This document shows, in pieces, positions 38,476-47,423 of a stretch of DNA of 64,000 bases. The stretch is from Chloroflexota bacterium. Its GTDB lineage: Bacteria > Chloroflexota > Anaerolineae > Aggregatilineales > J027. Made by a program: the position numbers and the translations under genes. Under the pieces are notes generated by a model. The model was not told the DNA's origin. It saw nothing but the letters and a program-made list of their open reading frames with translations, and made no database searches. The DNA lies in contig JABFGB010000013.1 in the NCBI GenBank assembly GCA_013112715.1, positions 74,599 to 138,598 on the forward strand, read 5' to 3'. The stretch's first letter is position 1, and each line of letters begins with the position of its first letter.

Positions 38476-39108
38476 TTGGTGCAAATTACGGCTCAACAGG
38501 TCAAAGAACTCCGTGAAATGACGGGGGTTGGCCCTGCGGAATGCAAAAAAGCGTTAGAGCAATTTGAAGGCAATTTGGAAAAAGCCGCCAATTTCCTGCG
38601 TGAAAAAGGCTTGGCGAAGGCCGCCAAAAAAGCGGGCCGCGTTGCCAACGAAGGCATTATCCAAACCTATCAGCATCACAACGGACGTTTAGCGGTAGTG
38701 GTCGAAGTCAACTGCGAAACAGACTTTGTAGCCAAGACACCCGCGTTCCAACAATTTTCGCGTGATGTGGCCCTGCATATCGCCAACCTCGCGCCCAAAT
38801 ATGTTGCCCGTGAAGAAGTCCCACAGGCGATCATTGATGCCGAGCGCGGCGTTCAGCAAAAAATTGCCCTCGAAGAAGGCAAATCCCGCCCTGCCAATAT
38901 CATCGAGAAAATTGTGGATGGGCGCATGGAGAAATTCTTTGCGGACATCGTGCTACTGGAACAACCCTTCATCAAGGATGATTCCAAGACCATCGAACAA
39001 CTTCGCAAGGAAGCAGTGGCCGCAGTTGGCGAAAACGTGGTGATTCGGCGCTTTGTCCGCTTTGAACTCGGCGAAGTGGGTGATGAACCCGCTGAAGGCG
39101 AAGAATAA
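38476..39108 (+). CDS. tsf: Translation elongation factor Ts (short form)
   Basis: 210 aa. It has VKELREMTGVGPAECKKALEQFEGNLEKAANFLREKG, and its position after rpsB is conserved. The start is TTG at 38476 or GTG at 38479. Confidence 0.95.
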   Translation: MVQITAQQVKELREMTGVGPAECKKALEQFEGNLEKAANFLREKGLAKAAKKAGRVANEGIIQTYQHHNGRLAVVVEVNCETDFVAKTPAFQQFSRDVALHIANLAPKYVAREEVPQAIIDAERGVQQKIALEEGKSRPANIIEKIVDGRMEKFFADIVLLEQPFIKDDSKTIEQLRKEAVAAVGENVVIRRFVRFELGEVGDEPAEGEE

Positions 39109-39141
39109 CACGGGTCGTGGAGCGTTAATGTGAACGATCAA

Positions 39142-39177
39142 AAGGGAATCTGGCAGTGGCCGGGTTCCCTTTTTTTG
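39142..39177 (+). terminator. Rho-independent terminator after tsf
   Basis: AAGGGAA, a loop, then TTCCCTT followed by a run of 7 T (39170-39176). Confidence 0.7.
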
Positions 39178-39212
39178 TAGAACAACATCCCTAGAAAGGA
39201 ACAAAAAATCGC

Positions 39213-39956
39213 ATGGTAGGTTCACTTGGTACTCTGGCTCAAACGCCCGTCTATCGCCGGATTGTCATCAAACTCAGCGGTGAGGCGATGGCTGGCCCCG
39301 AAGGATATGGAATTGACCCTGTCGAAGCCGCCACCATTGCTCGGCGTGTCAAAGAAGTACATGACCTCGGGGTTCAAATCGCCATTGTGATTGGTGCGGG
39401 CAACCTTTGGCGTGGCAATATGGGAGTGCAGGGGGGCATGGATCAAAGTACCGCCGACTACATGGGCATGATTGCGACTGTAATGAATGGCATGGCCCTG
39501 CAAGATGCCTTACAGCGCTTGGGGGTCGAAACCCGTGTCCAGACGGCGATTGAAATGAACAAAGTCGCTGAACCTTATATCCGTCTGCGGGCGATGCGGC
39601 ATATGGAAAAAGGGCGTGTGGTGATTATCGCGGGGGGGACCGGCAATCCATTTTTCACCACCGACACAGCAGCAGCCCTACGTGCAGCCGAAATTCAAGC
39701 CGATGTCATTATCAAGGCCACCAAAGTAGATGGCATTTATCGGGAAGACCCCAAGATTAATCCCAATGCCGAGCGCTTTGAACGTATTACCTTTTCTGAG
39801 GCCATTAATTATCGCCTCAAGGTGATGGATATGACAGCCTTCACCCTCTGTATGGATAACAATATGCCAATTGTTGTCTTGGATTTTTGGCACGAAGGTG
39901 CATTGGCCCAAGCCGTTTTGGGACACCCAATTGGGACGTTTGTCGGCAAAGAATAG
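39213..39956 (+). CDS. pyrH: UMP kinase
   Basis: 247 aa. It has [19 protein letters not shown] and [18 protein letters not shown]. Confidence 0.95.
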   Translation: MVGSLGTLAQTPVYRRIVIKLSGEAMAGPEGYGIDPVEAATIARRVKEVHDLGVQIAIVIGAGNLWRGNMGVQGGMDQSTADYMGMIATVMNGMALQDALQRLGVETRVQTAIEMNKVAEPYIRLRAMRHMEKGRVVIIAGGTGNPFFTTDTAAALRAAEIQADVIIKATKVDGIYREDPKINPNAERFERITFSEAINYRLKVMDMTAFTLCMDNNMPIVVLDFWHEGALAQAVLGHPIGTFVGKE

Positions 39957-40180
39957 TTGTCACCAGCCAACGAATGGAGAATATTCCGCTGCGGCTGGTA
40001 TTGATTTATGGACAAAAACCACACGGCAGGTTTGTCATTTTCCGATACAATTAAGCTACAGTTCTTTGACGATACTCGACTGAAGTGTGGGCTATCTTGA
40101 CAACAAGGGTTTAGCACTATTGTTTGGAAGTTTGCGGATTAACCGAACCTCATATGGGATGGCCCGATGGGAGCTATAGC

Positions 40181-40591
40181 ATGAGTTTTTTTGGAAAAAA
40201 GAAATCTTCGTCACCGGATGAAGACCATAGCGCCTCGTCTCTCGTGCCATCCGACCAATCGTTGGGGCGTAATCCTAACCGCAATGAGAATCTTTTTTGG
40301 TATACCGAAGAAGGGTATATCATTGCACAGGACAACACCTGTCAACATGAATATGTCCAGACGACACCCTGCCCATCCTGTGGCGGCAAACTGCGTGTTA
40401 TTGCCCATTTGAATCGGGCCGGACAAGGGCTGAGTGAATTGGTAACGGTTTGCCAAAACTGTCGCTATACCGTCAATTTCATTTTTGACATTTCCAACGA
40501 AGTGTATCAGCAGTGGTGGGCAGATCAATTGGGGGCATTATATATTCGCCAATATGATGGCCCACCACGCGAACCCGTCAATCCAGATTAG
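40181..40591 (+). CDS. Hypothetical protein with a CxxC...CxxC zinc-ribbon
   Basis: The ORF track gives 40124..40591. I prefer the ATG at 40181, which follows a GGGAG SD. The zinc-ribbon cysteines are CPSCGG...CQNCRY. I recognise no family. Confidence 0.45.
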   Translation: MSFFGKKKSSSPDEDHSASSLVPSDQSLGRNPNRNENLFWYTEEGYIIAQDNTCQHEYVQTTPCPSCGGKLRVIAHLNRAGQGLSELVTVCQNCRYTVNFIFDISNEVYQQWWADQLGALYIRQYDGPPREPVNPD

Positions 40592-40592
40592 A

Positions 40593-41894
40593 TCATCCCG
40601 GTGGGTACATCGGATAGCTAGGTGGATGGGGTGGTTCATCCTCTACAGTAGATTCAACGGGTGGCACAGCCCCGGCGGAGGTTCCGGGATAGCTGGTTGG
40701 AACTTGCGGCGTGACATAGCCTGCTGGTGCAGCCGCTGGGCCATAAGTGGTCACTCGTGATACCGATACGCGCTCAGTTGTGGCTACTGGTGCTTGGGCG
40801 ACGGTGTAACCACCTTGTCCTCCCACCAATTTACCCAAATCACTGTTTTGCAGCACGCTGGTACGCGAATTCACCAACTGTGTTAGGGCCTCTTCGGTGG
40901 CGCTTTGTCCCCGTAACACCGTTAACTGCCACATCTCACGCTCACTGCCAAAGACCGTCTCAAATTTGCGAACCCAGTCCAAAATTTCGGGCGGAGTTAA
41001 ATTATCCATTTTGGGTTCAAGCTGATTGACTAAGTTTTCTAACTGACGGGCCGTCTTGCTATAAATCCCATAATTTTGTTCGTATTGTTGCAACCCAATG
41101 TACGCCAAGAGGCCATTCACCAAAGCCACCGTTACTGCGACCAAATAGCCTACTCCCATCGCGGCAAGGGCCGGGCCAACCACCCCCACAAACAAAATGA
41201 TGGCCCGCCATTGACGGGTTTTTTTGAAATCCGCGACGGCCCGACGGTTATACCACTCGGCTTGCGGCAGGACGCGCATTCGCAAATACTCATCGAGTGC
41301 CAATGGGCTGTATCCATCATCTTCTGGGTGGTCGGTAGCATACAGATTGGGCTTGGCAAATTGTTTCGATTCTTTGCCCTCGTTGTCATCAATCAAGTTG
41401 ATTTCAAGCGGGGTGCTGACTCCCATTCCCTCAAGCTGTTCGTCCGTTTTTTCAATCACCTTTGCCAGTTTATCGAGGTCATCTAGGGTGACTTGATCGA
41501 GATACCGTTTGAGTCGAAGTTCATAGATGCTCAACTTGATGGTTTCTGCGGCAACCCGGAATCCCACCCAACCATTGCCTGCCTCAAATCGAGCGGCATA
41601 GGTTAGAATGGCGGCACTCAGAAGGGGCAGGATGACCAGCAATACCCCCATAAAGATTTTAAGTCCTTCATCGTCTTGACTGAAGCGGGCATCAATCACA
41701 GCGGCACAAGTGGTAATGAAACTGATCAAAATGATGCTCCACCGTACCCGCTTGTACCGCGTTTTGAGTTTTTTGGAGGCTTCATCAAAAGCATTAAAAC
41801 GCCGCCACGCATTGTCCAGCGCCGCCAAAATCTTGCGACTGGATGCTGGAATGGGTGGGGGGACTTCAACGAGTAGGACAGATTGGTCGGTCAT
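40593..41894 (-). CDS. Tandem 2-TM SLATT/DUF4231-like membrane protein with a Pro-rich C-terminal tail
   Basis: 433 aa. It contains two internally repeated modules, each a basic amphipathic helix followed by a TM hairpin: KKLKTRYKRVRWSIILISFITTCAAV + IFMGVLLVILPLLSAAILTYAA, and AEWYNRRAVADFKKTRQWRAIILFVGVVGPALAAM + GYLVAVTVALVNGLLAYIGL. This is the DUF4231/SLATT pattern. The assignment rests on motif resemblance only. Confidence 0.5.
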   Translation of the reverse strand: MTDQSVLLVEVPPPIPASSRKILAALDNAWRRFNAFDEASKKLKTRYKRVRWSIILISFITTCAAVIDARFSQDDEGLKIFMGVLLVILPLLSAAILTYAARFEAGNGWVGFRVAAETIKLSIYELRLKRYLDQVTLDDLDKLAKVIEKTDEQLEGMGVSTPLEINLIDDNEGKESKQFAKPNLYATDHPEDDGYSPLALDEYLRMRVLPQAEWYNRRAVADFKKTRQWRAIILFVGVVGPALAAMGVGYLVAVTVALVNGLLAYIGLQQYEQNYGIYSKTARQLENLVNQLEPKMDNLTPPEILDWVRKFETVFGSEREMWQLTVLRGQSATEEALTQLVNSRTSVLQNSDLGKLVGGQGGYTVAQAPVATTERVSVSRVTTYGPAAAPAGYVTPQVPTSYPGTSAGAVPPVESTVEDEPPHPPSYPMYPPG

Positions 41895-41992
41895 AACGAA
41901 CTCCTGTGAGTGGAAGATAATTCAAACGCTGCATTCACTCGCTAAGATTATAGGCGAGAGGATATAATGGTCAAAACTTTTCTGAGGGATAT

Positions 41993-42490
41993 TTGGGAAG
42001 TATGTCGAGCCAAACACCGAAGCCTGATGGGCAAGATGCCTTTTTACGCAAGGTTTTTTTTCGTAGCACCGCCGAAAATCAAAAACAGGTGGTGGCGGTG
42101 GTTGTCTTGGTGGCGGTGGTGACCATTATTATCGGCGGGTTGTATCTGGCCCAAACCACAACCAGCATTACGACGGCCCGTGATATTCAGCAGATGAGCG
42201 AATATCGCAGCCGCCTTGAACGCGAAAATGAGGTACTACGTGCGGATATTGCCCGAATGCAGAACCTCGCCAGTTTGCAGACCCGTGCCGCCACACTTGG
42301 TTTTCAACAAGCAGGCCCGGAAGATATTTTCTATTTGGTGGTGGATGGCTATGTGTATAATGTGCCTGCACCAACGCCAACCCTTGTGCCGTCTACTGTG
42401 ACACCGGAAGAATATCATGAAAATTTCGCGGGTTGGCTCAAACGCCAATATGACGCCTTAATTGACCAATTCAGCGAGTGGGGCAACTAG
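41993..42490 (+). CDS. FtsL/DivIC-like cell division protein (single TM plus coiled coil)
   Basis: 165 aa (the ATG at 42002 is an alternative start). It has a TM segment VVAVVVLVAVVTIIIGGLYLA followed by a heptad-like region EYRSRLERENEVLRADIARMQNL. It sits immediately upstream of ftsI. Confidence 0.55.
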   Translation: MGSMSSQTPKPDGQDAFLRKVFFRSTAENQKQVVAVVVLVAVVTIIIGGLYLAQTTTSITTARDIQQMSEYRSRLERENEVLRADIARMQNLASLQTRAATLGFQQAGPEDIFYLVVDGYVYNVPAPTPTLVPSTVTPEEYHENFAGWLKRQYDALIDQFSEWGN

Positions 42491-42514
42491 TACCATTGCA
42501 GGAGAACATGCGTT

Positions 42515-44281
42515 ATGCCATCCATCAATAACCGCCTTAATTTGGTCGGACTGTTGATGACGCTGATTAGCGTCGCCCTAATTGCCCAACTGCTCTCCTT
42601 CCAATTCCGCCTTGATCCCGCCGTTGCCGAAGAATTGCAACTGCGAGCAGGGTCAACCGAAAACCGGGAAGTCGAAATTAAGCCTAACCGGGGTCAAATT
42701 ATTGATCGGGATGGCGATATTCTGGCGGTCAATCGTATGGAATATCGCATTGCGATTAGCCCCAGCCTGCTCGGTCAAGATCGGCGCGAAACTGCTAAGG
42801 AACTGGCAAAGGTTTTGGATGCCAGCGAACTCGATATTTATCAGGCACTTTTACCTGACGAAAACGGTATCTATCCGGGCTATGTGGTTTTGAAAACGCC
42901 CGTTACCGCCGAAGTCAGTCAAGCGGTGGCCGATTTGCGAATTCCCGGTATTCTGATTGAACCAATTCCCCAACGTGATTATCCACAAGGGTCATACATG
43001 ACCCAAGTGTTGGGTTTCGTGAATTACAATTCATCAGGATATTATGGGGTTGAGGAGTTTTATCAGCGTGAATTGGCGGGCCAAAGCCGTATCACCACCG
43101 AATCCGACAGCTTATTGGATATTACGGATGATTTTGAAGTCCGCAACGGCCAGACGCTTCAACTCACCATTGACCGCGATATTCAATGGCTTGCCCAAGG
43201 GGTTCTAGATGAGGCCGTCGCTGAATATGGGGCATTGGGCGGCACGATTCTCATTATGAATCCGCGCACAGGTGAAATTCTGGCGATGGTCTCCAATCCG
43301 ACTATTGATCTTGAAACTTATTTGGAAGACCCATCCATTCGGGGGAATAACGCTTTTACCCCGACGGTAGGGTATACCTATGAACCGGGCAGCACCTTTA
43401 AAGTCATAACCGCCGCCGCCGCATTAGATATTCAGCAGCCCGGCCTCGACCTCAATTGGTCATATACCAATTACGGCTGTGAACAGATGGCGGGGGTGCA
43501 GATTTGCGACTGGGATCGTCGTCCCAAAGGTGGCACTACCTTTACGACTTGTTTGGTCACTTCTTTGAACACTTGTACAGCCCATTGGGTGGCGGATGGT
43601 ATTGGCCGGGAACGATGGTATGACTATTTACAGCGTTTTGGGTTTGGGCGGCCTACCAACGTGGATATTGCTGGCGAAGAAGTCGGCATTGTCAATTGGC
43701 CGGGCACGGGGGGCTATAATGAGGCTAATTTTGTCCAAACGAGTTTTGGTCAAGGGATTGCGGTGACGCCTATCCAATTGATGACTGCCATTAATGCTAT
43801 CGCCAATGATGGCCTGATGATGCAACCACATATCGTCAAACGGCGCATTGATGGCGACCATGTATTTGAACATACCCCGACTCCCATCTCGCGTCCCATC
43901 TCGGCAGCGACGGCCCAACAGGTATTAGAGCTTATGGCGGCGGTAGTGAATAACAATGGCGAGGGAAGTAAGGGGCAAATCGAGAATTATCAAGTCGCGG
44001 GTAAAACGGGCACCTCCCAGAAAATCGGGCCGGATGGTCGTTATTCCGATACCGAAAGCTGGGCCAGTTTCGTCGGGTTTATTCCCGCCAACGATCCTCA
44101 AGTTTCGGTGTTGGTGTTGCTAGATCGCCCCGGTTCGCCGGAATGGTATTATGGCAGCCTAAGCGCCGCGCCGACCTTTGCAAAATTAGCGCAACGCCTA
44201 GTTGTTTTATTGGATATTCCATCGGACACCGTGCGAAATGAACTCATTAACGCAGGTGGACGCCCATTTGATAGGGAATAG
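42515..44281 (+). CDS. ftsI: Peptidoglycan D,D-transpeptidase (class B PBP, FtsI/PBP2 type)
   Basis: 588 aa with an N-terminal TM anchor. It has the SxxK (GSTFKV), SxN (TSLNT) and KTGT (GKTGTSQ) motifs. Confidence 0.9.
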   Translation: MPSINNRLNLVGLLMTLISVALIAQLLSFQFRLDPAVAEELQLRAGSTENREVEIKPNRGQIIDRDGDILAVNRMEYRIAISPSLLGQDRRETAKELAKVLDASELDIYQALLPDENGIYPGYVVLKTPVTAEVSQAVADLRIPGILIEPIPQRDYPQGSYMTQVLGFVNYNSSGYYGVEEFYQRELAGQSRITTESDSLLDITDDFEVRNGQTLQLTIDRDIQWLAQGVLDEAVAEYGALGGTILIMNPRTGEILAMVSNPTIDLETYLEDPSIRGNNAFTPTVGYTYEPGSTFKVITAAAALDIQQPGLDLNWSYTNYGCEQMAGVQICDWDRRPKGGTTFTTCLVTSLNTCTAHWVADGIGRERWYDYLQRFGFGRPTNVDIAGEEVGIVNWPGTGGYNEANFVQTSFGQGIAVTPIQLMTAINAIANDGLMMQPHIVKRRIDGDHVFEHTPTPISRPISAATAQQVLELMAAVVNNNGEGSKGQIENYQVAGKTGTSQKIGPDGRYSDTESWASFVGFIPANDPQVSVLVLLDRPGSPEWYYGSLSAAPTFAKLAQRLVVLLDIPSDTVRNELINAGGRPFDRE

Positions 44282-44286
44282 GTAGC

Positions 44287-45306
44287 GTGAATTCAGATAT
44301 TCCATTTGCAATTTCGCTTGGTGCGGTCACATTTTTGCTGGTCGCCATCTGGGGATCGCCTTTTGTTGAAATCTTGCGCCGCCTGAAAATCGGCAAACAA
44401 ATACGGGCGGGTTTGGAAGAGCATCTATATAAGACGGGCACCCCAACAATGGGCGGAATTTTGATTCTCATTCCGGTCTTGGGCATCACGATGGGCCTCA
44501 ATTTAGCAGGGCTGATCCGCGAGGGCCTGACGGGACAATCTATTTTGATTCCCCTATTGGTGCTCATCGGTTATGGATTTTTGGGAGCCTATGATGATTG
44601 GGAAGGGATTCTACGCTCCAAAGATAAAGACAAGGCCAAAATCGGGTTGGGAATTTCGCCACGTGCCAAATTGATGGCCCAAATTGCCTTAGCTGTTATC
44701 GTCGCCGTGATCATGAGTCGGGCCAAAGTCCAATTTAGCAATGCCATCTTGATACCCCTCTTCACCGATGAAATTGCGATTCCCCCCATCCTCTGGATTG
44801 GAATTGCCACGCTTTTGTTGGTCGGCTTCTCGAATGCGCTGAATTTTACAGATGGCTTGGACGGGTTAGCCGGAATTATCACCGCCAGCGCTTTTGCCGC
44901 CTATGGTTTTATCGGGGCGCTGCAAGGGCAGGTCTTTTTGGTGCAGTTTTGTTTTATTATGGTCGGCGCGTGTTTTGGCTTTCTGTGGTACAACGCGCAT
45001 CCCGCCCAATTATTTATGGGCGATACGGGGTCGCTGGCGCTGGGGGCATCGCTGGCTACGATTGCCCTGATGACCGGACAATGGCTGCTTCTCCCACTTA
45101 TTGCGATTATTCCAGTTGCCGAAGCCTTGAGTGTGATTATTCAGATTTCCTATTTTAAGTGGTCAGGCGGCCAGCGTATTTTCCGCAAAGCCCCTCTGCA
45201 TCACCATTTTGAGATGGCGGGTTGGAGCGAAACCCAAGTGGTACAGCGCTTCTGGCTGGTTGGTATCCTCGCCGCGATGACCGGCGTCGCGTTTGCCCTT
45301 CTATAA
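44287..45306 (+). CDS. mraY: Phospho-N-acetylmuramoyl-pentapeptide transferase
   Basis: 339 aa. It has KTGTPTMGG, NALNFTDGLDGLAG, MGDTGSLALG and APLHHHFE. Confidence 0.95.
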   Translation: MNSDIPFAISLGAVTFLLVAIWGSPFVEILRRLKIGKQIRAGLEEHLYKTGTPTMGGILILIPVLGITMGLNLAGLIREGLTGQSILIPLLVLIGYGFLGAYDDWEGILRSKDKDKAKIGLGISPRAKLMAQIALAVIVAVIMSRAKVQFSNAILIPLFTDEIAIPPILWIGIATLLLVGFSNALNFTDGLDGLAGIITASAFAAYGFIGALQGQVFLVQFCFIMVGACFGFLWYNAHPAQLFMGDTGSLALGASLATIALMTGQWLLLPLIAIIPVAEALSVIIQISYFKWSGGQRIFRKAPLHHHFEMAGWSETQVVQRFWLVGILAAMTGVAFALL

Positions 45307-45313
45307 CCTACCT

Positions 45314-45841
45314 ATGGAAAAATCACCCCACTCTGTCCAAGAATTGACCCCCATCGCCCAACTCGGCATGGCGTTTCATTTCACCTCCGACGATTTGCGA
45401 GCCAACAGGGAAGGGAAAATGACGCTTAGGCAACGGCGAAAATTGATGTCGCAATTTTGGTCGACAGTGCTGGTCGGCTTGCTGTTGTTGTTTGGCCCCA
45501 GTGTGGTTGGACTGATCTTGGTGGCGTGGGGCACGGATCAATCATTCAGGAATATTTTGACGGATAGTGCGGCGTTGGCGGGTTATCTCACAGGTGTCAT
45601 CGCTTTTAGCTTTTATGTGACGATTAACTTCAAATCCCTTTTGCTGCCTTTTGATGTCTTACGCGGACGGGTATTGACCCTCTCTGGCCCAGTCAAACGA
45701 CATGGCCTCTATTTGCAGGTTCGGCATACCCATTTGTTGATGGAGGCGGCAGTGCTTGACCTTATCCAAGATGGTTTACACTATACTTTTTATATTCTGC
45801 CCCGTTCCCGCAAAATTCTCAGTGTCGAATTTTCGGAATAG
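45314..45841 (+). CDS. Hypothetical membrane protein inserted in the dcw cluster
   Basis: The ORF track gives 45293..45841. The ATG at 45314 avoids overlap with mraY. It has two predicted TM helices (FWSTVLVGLLLLFGPSVVGLILVAW and LAGYLTGVIAFSFYVTI). I recognise no family. Confidence 0.4.
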   Translation: MEKSPHSVQELTPIAQLGMAFHFTSDDLRANREGKMTLRQRRKLMSQFWSTVLVGLLLLFGPSVVGLILVAWGTDQSFRNILTDSAALAGYLTGVIAFSFYVTINFKSLLLPFDVLRGRVLTLSGPVKRHGLYLQVRHTHLLMEAAVLDLIQDGLHYTFYILPRSRKILSVEFSE

Positions 45842-45915
45842 TCCCACAGTAGCGGTACAATTAAATAAAATTATCTTGATCCCAATCAATCTATCTTTGA
45901 AATGGCTAAGTTGCT

Positions 45916-47343
45916 ATGACCACTGTAAATGAACCCGACTCCATATCTTTAAAGGGCAAAAACGTGGTTGTCCTCGGCATGGCGCGACAGGGTAAGGCAT
46001 TGGCCCGCTGGCTGCCGACTCAAGGCGCTCGTGTGACGCTGTCCGATAAGCGTGATGCGGGTGATCTGGCCGATGATATTATGGAATTTATCACCGAACC
46101 CAATGTAAAGTTTGCCCTAGGGGGGCATCCCAATGAATTGCTGGATGATGCCGATATTTTGTGCGTTTCAGGGGGGGTGCCGCTTAATATCCCGATTGTG
46201 CAAGAGGCCTTTCATCGTGGCATTCGTGTCACCAACGACGCCATCCTCTTTTTGGAACGCTGTCCTGCTCCAGTTATTGGGATTTCGGGCAGCGCGGGCA
46301 AGACCACCACAACTACCCTCGTGGGTGAAATGTGCAAAAAAGCGGGTAAACATACGTGGGTCGGTGGCAATATTGGCGACGTTTTGCTTGACCATTTGGA
46401 TGAGATTCAGCCCGATGACACAGTGGTGATGGAACTGAGCAGTTTCCAGTTAGAATTGGCCGATGTCAGTCCGCCGATTGCCTGTTTGTTGAACGTCACC
46501 CCGAATCATTTGGATCGGCATGGCACGATGGAAGAATACGCCAGAGCCAAATCGCAGCTTTTTATGAATCAGGGGCCGGATGACATATTGATTTACGGGC
46601 GGGACAATCTGATTGCGAGTGCTCTTAGCGATCACGCCCCTGGCGAAAAAGCCTCCTTCTCGATTGCGACCTTAGTGGCAGATGGCGCGTGTCTGGTGGG
46701 TGAACGTTTGATGTTAATGGGTAATTGTTCACCGACCATGATGGCAAAGGTGATCTGCAACCGCGATAAAGTCAAGCTGCGTGGAATGCACAATATCTCC
46801 AATGTTTTAGCGGCGTGTGCCGTGGCCGGTGCTGCCAAAATCCCACTGGAGGCTATGCAGGAAATCGCCCAAACCTTTAAGGGTGTACCGCATCGCCTTG
46901 AATTGGTCGCCACAGTAGATGACGTGTTGTGGGTCAATGACAGCATTGCAACCTCACCGGAGCGCGTGATTGCCGCCCTTGAAAGTTTTAAAGAACCGAT
47001 TGTTTTGCTGCTCGGCGGACGCGATAAAAAACTGCCGTGGGAAGAACTGGCGGCTATTGCAGTGAATCGGTGTAAGGCACTGGTGTGTTTTGGTGAACAT
47101 GGCCCAGCCATTGCTGAACATGCCCGTCGCGCACGGGGCATGATCTCTACCGGAATGCTGAATCGGGTTAATGTGGTCTCTGATCTGGCAAAGGCCGTCG
47201 AATTAGCCGAACAGCTGGCTTCTGCCGGAGACGTTGTGTTGCTGAGTCCCGGTGCGACTTCCTATGACGCCTACAAAGATTTTGAGGAACGCGGTGAACA
47301 TTTCCGCCAGCTAGTCGAACGGGTGCGTCGTAAACGCATGTGA
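45916..47343 (+). CDS. murD: UDP-N-acetylmuramoylalanine--D-glutamate ligase
   Basis: 475 aa. It has the N-terminal Rossmann motif VVVLGMARQG, the P-loop GISGSAGKTTTTTL, HRLELV and the Mur ligase C-terminal domain. Confidence 0.92.
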   Translation: MTTVNEPDSISLKGKNVVVLGMARQGKALARWLPTQGARVTLSDKRDAGDLADDIMEFITEPNVKFALGGHPNELLDDADILCVSGGVPLNIPIVQEAFHRGIRVTNDAILFLERCPAPVIGISGSAGKTTTTTLVGEMCKKAGKHTWVGGNIGDVLLDHLDEIQPDDTVVMELSSFQLELADVSPPIACLLNVTPNHLDRHGTMEEYARAKSQLFMNQGPDDILIYGRDNLIASALSDHAPGEKASFSIATLVADGACLVGERLMLMGNCSPTMMAKVICNRDKVKLRGMHNISNVLAACAVAGAAKIPLEAMQEIAQTFKGVPHRLELVATVDDVLWVNDSIATSPERVIAALESFKEPIVLLLGGRDKKLPWEELAAIAVNRCKALVCFGEHGPAIAEHARRARGMISTGMLNRVNVVSDLAKAVELAEQLASAGDVVLLSPGATSYDAYKDFEERGEHFRQLVERVRRKRM

Positions 47344-47380
47344 CCTTTTCAGCTACATAAATGTTTTGCGCTACAATCAG

Positions 47381-47416
47381 CCTCATCGAATATTTCAGTA
47401 GAACTTGATGAGGTTT
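47381..47416 (+). terminator. Hairpin terminator candidate after murD
   Basis: CCTCATC, a 19-nt loop, GATGAGG, then TTTATT. The long loop lowers confidence. Confidence 0.4.
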
Positions 47417-47423
47417 ATTGTCT

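Noticed and set aside
39957-40180. Gap after pyrH examined for a decayed frr gene or an RNA gene
   Set aside because: No frame gives RRF-like sequence. Only a weak 6-bp hairpin with a 24-nt loop is present, which is insufficient for any call.
46632-47141. 169-aa minus-strand ORF inside murD, and the similar 47439..47891 ORF inside the hydrolase gene
   Set aside because: These are antisense shadows rich in Ala/Ser/Arg. The sense frames have clear family motifs or a signal peptide.
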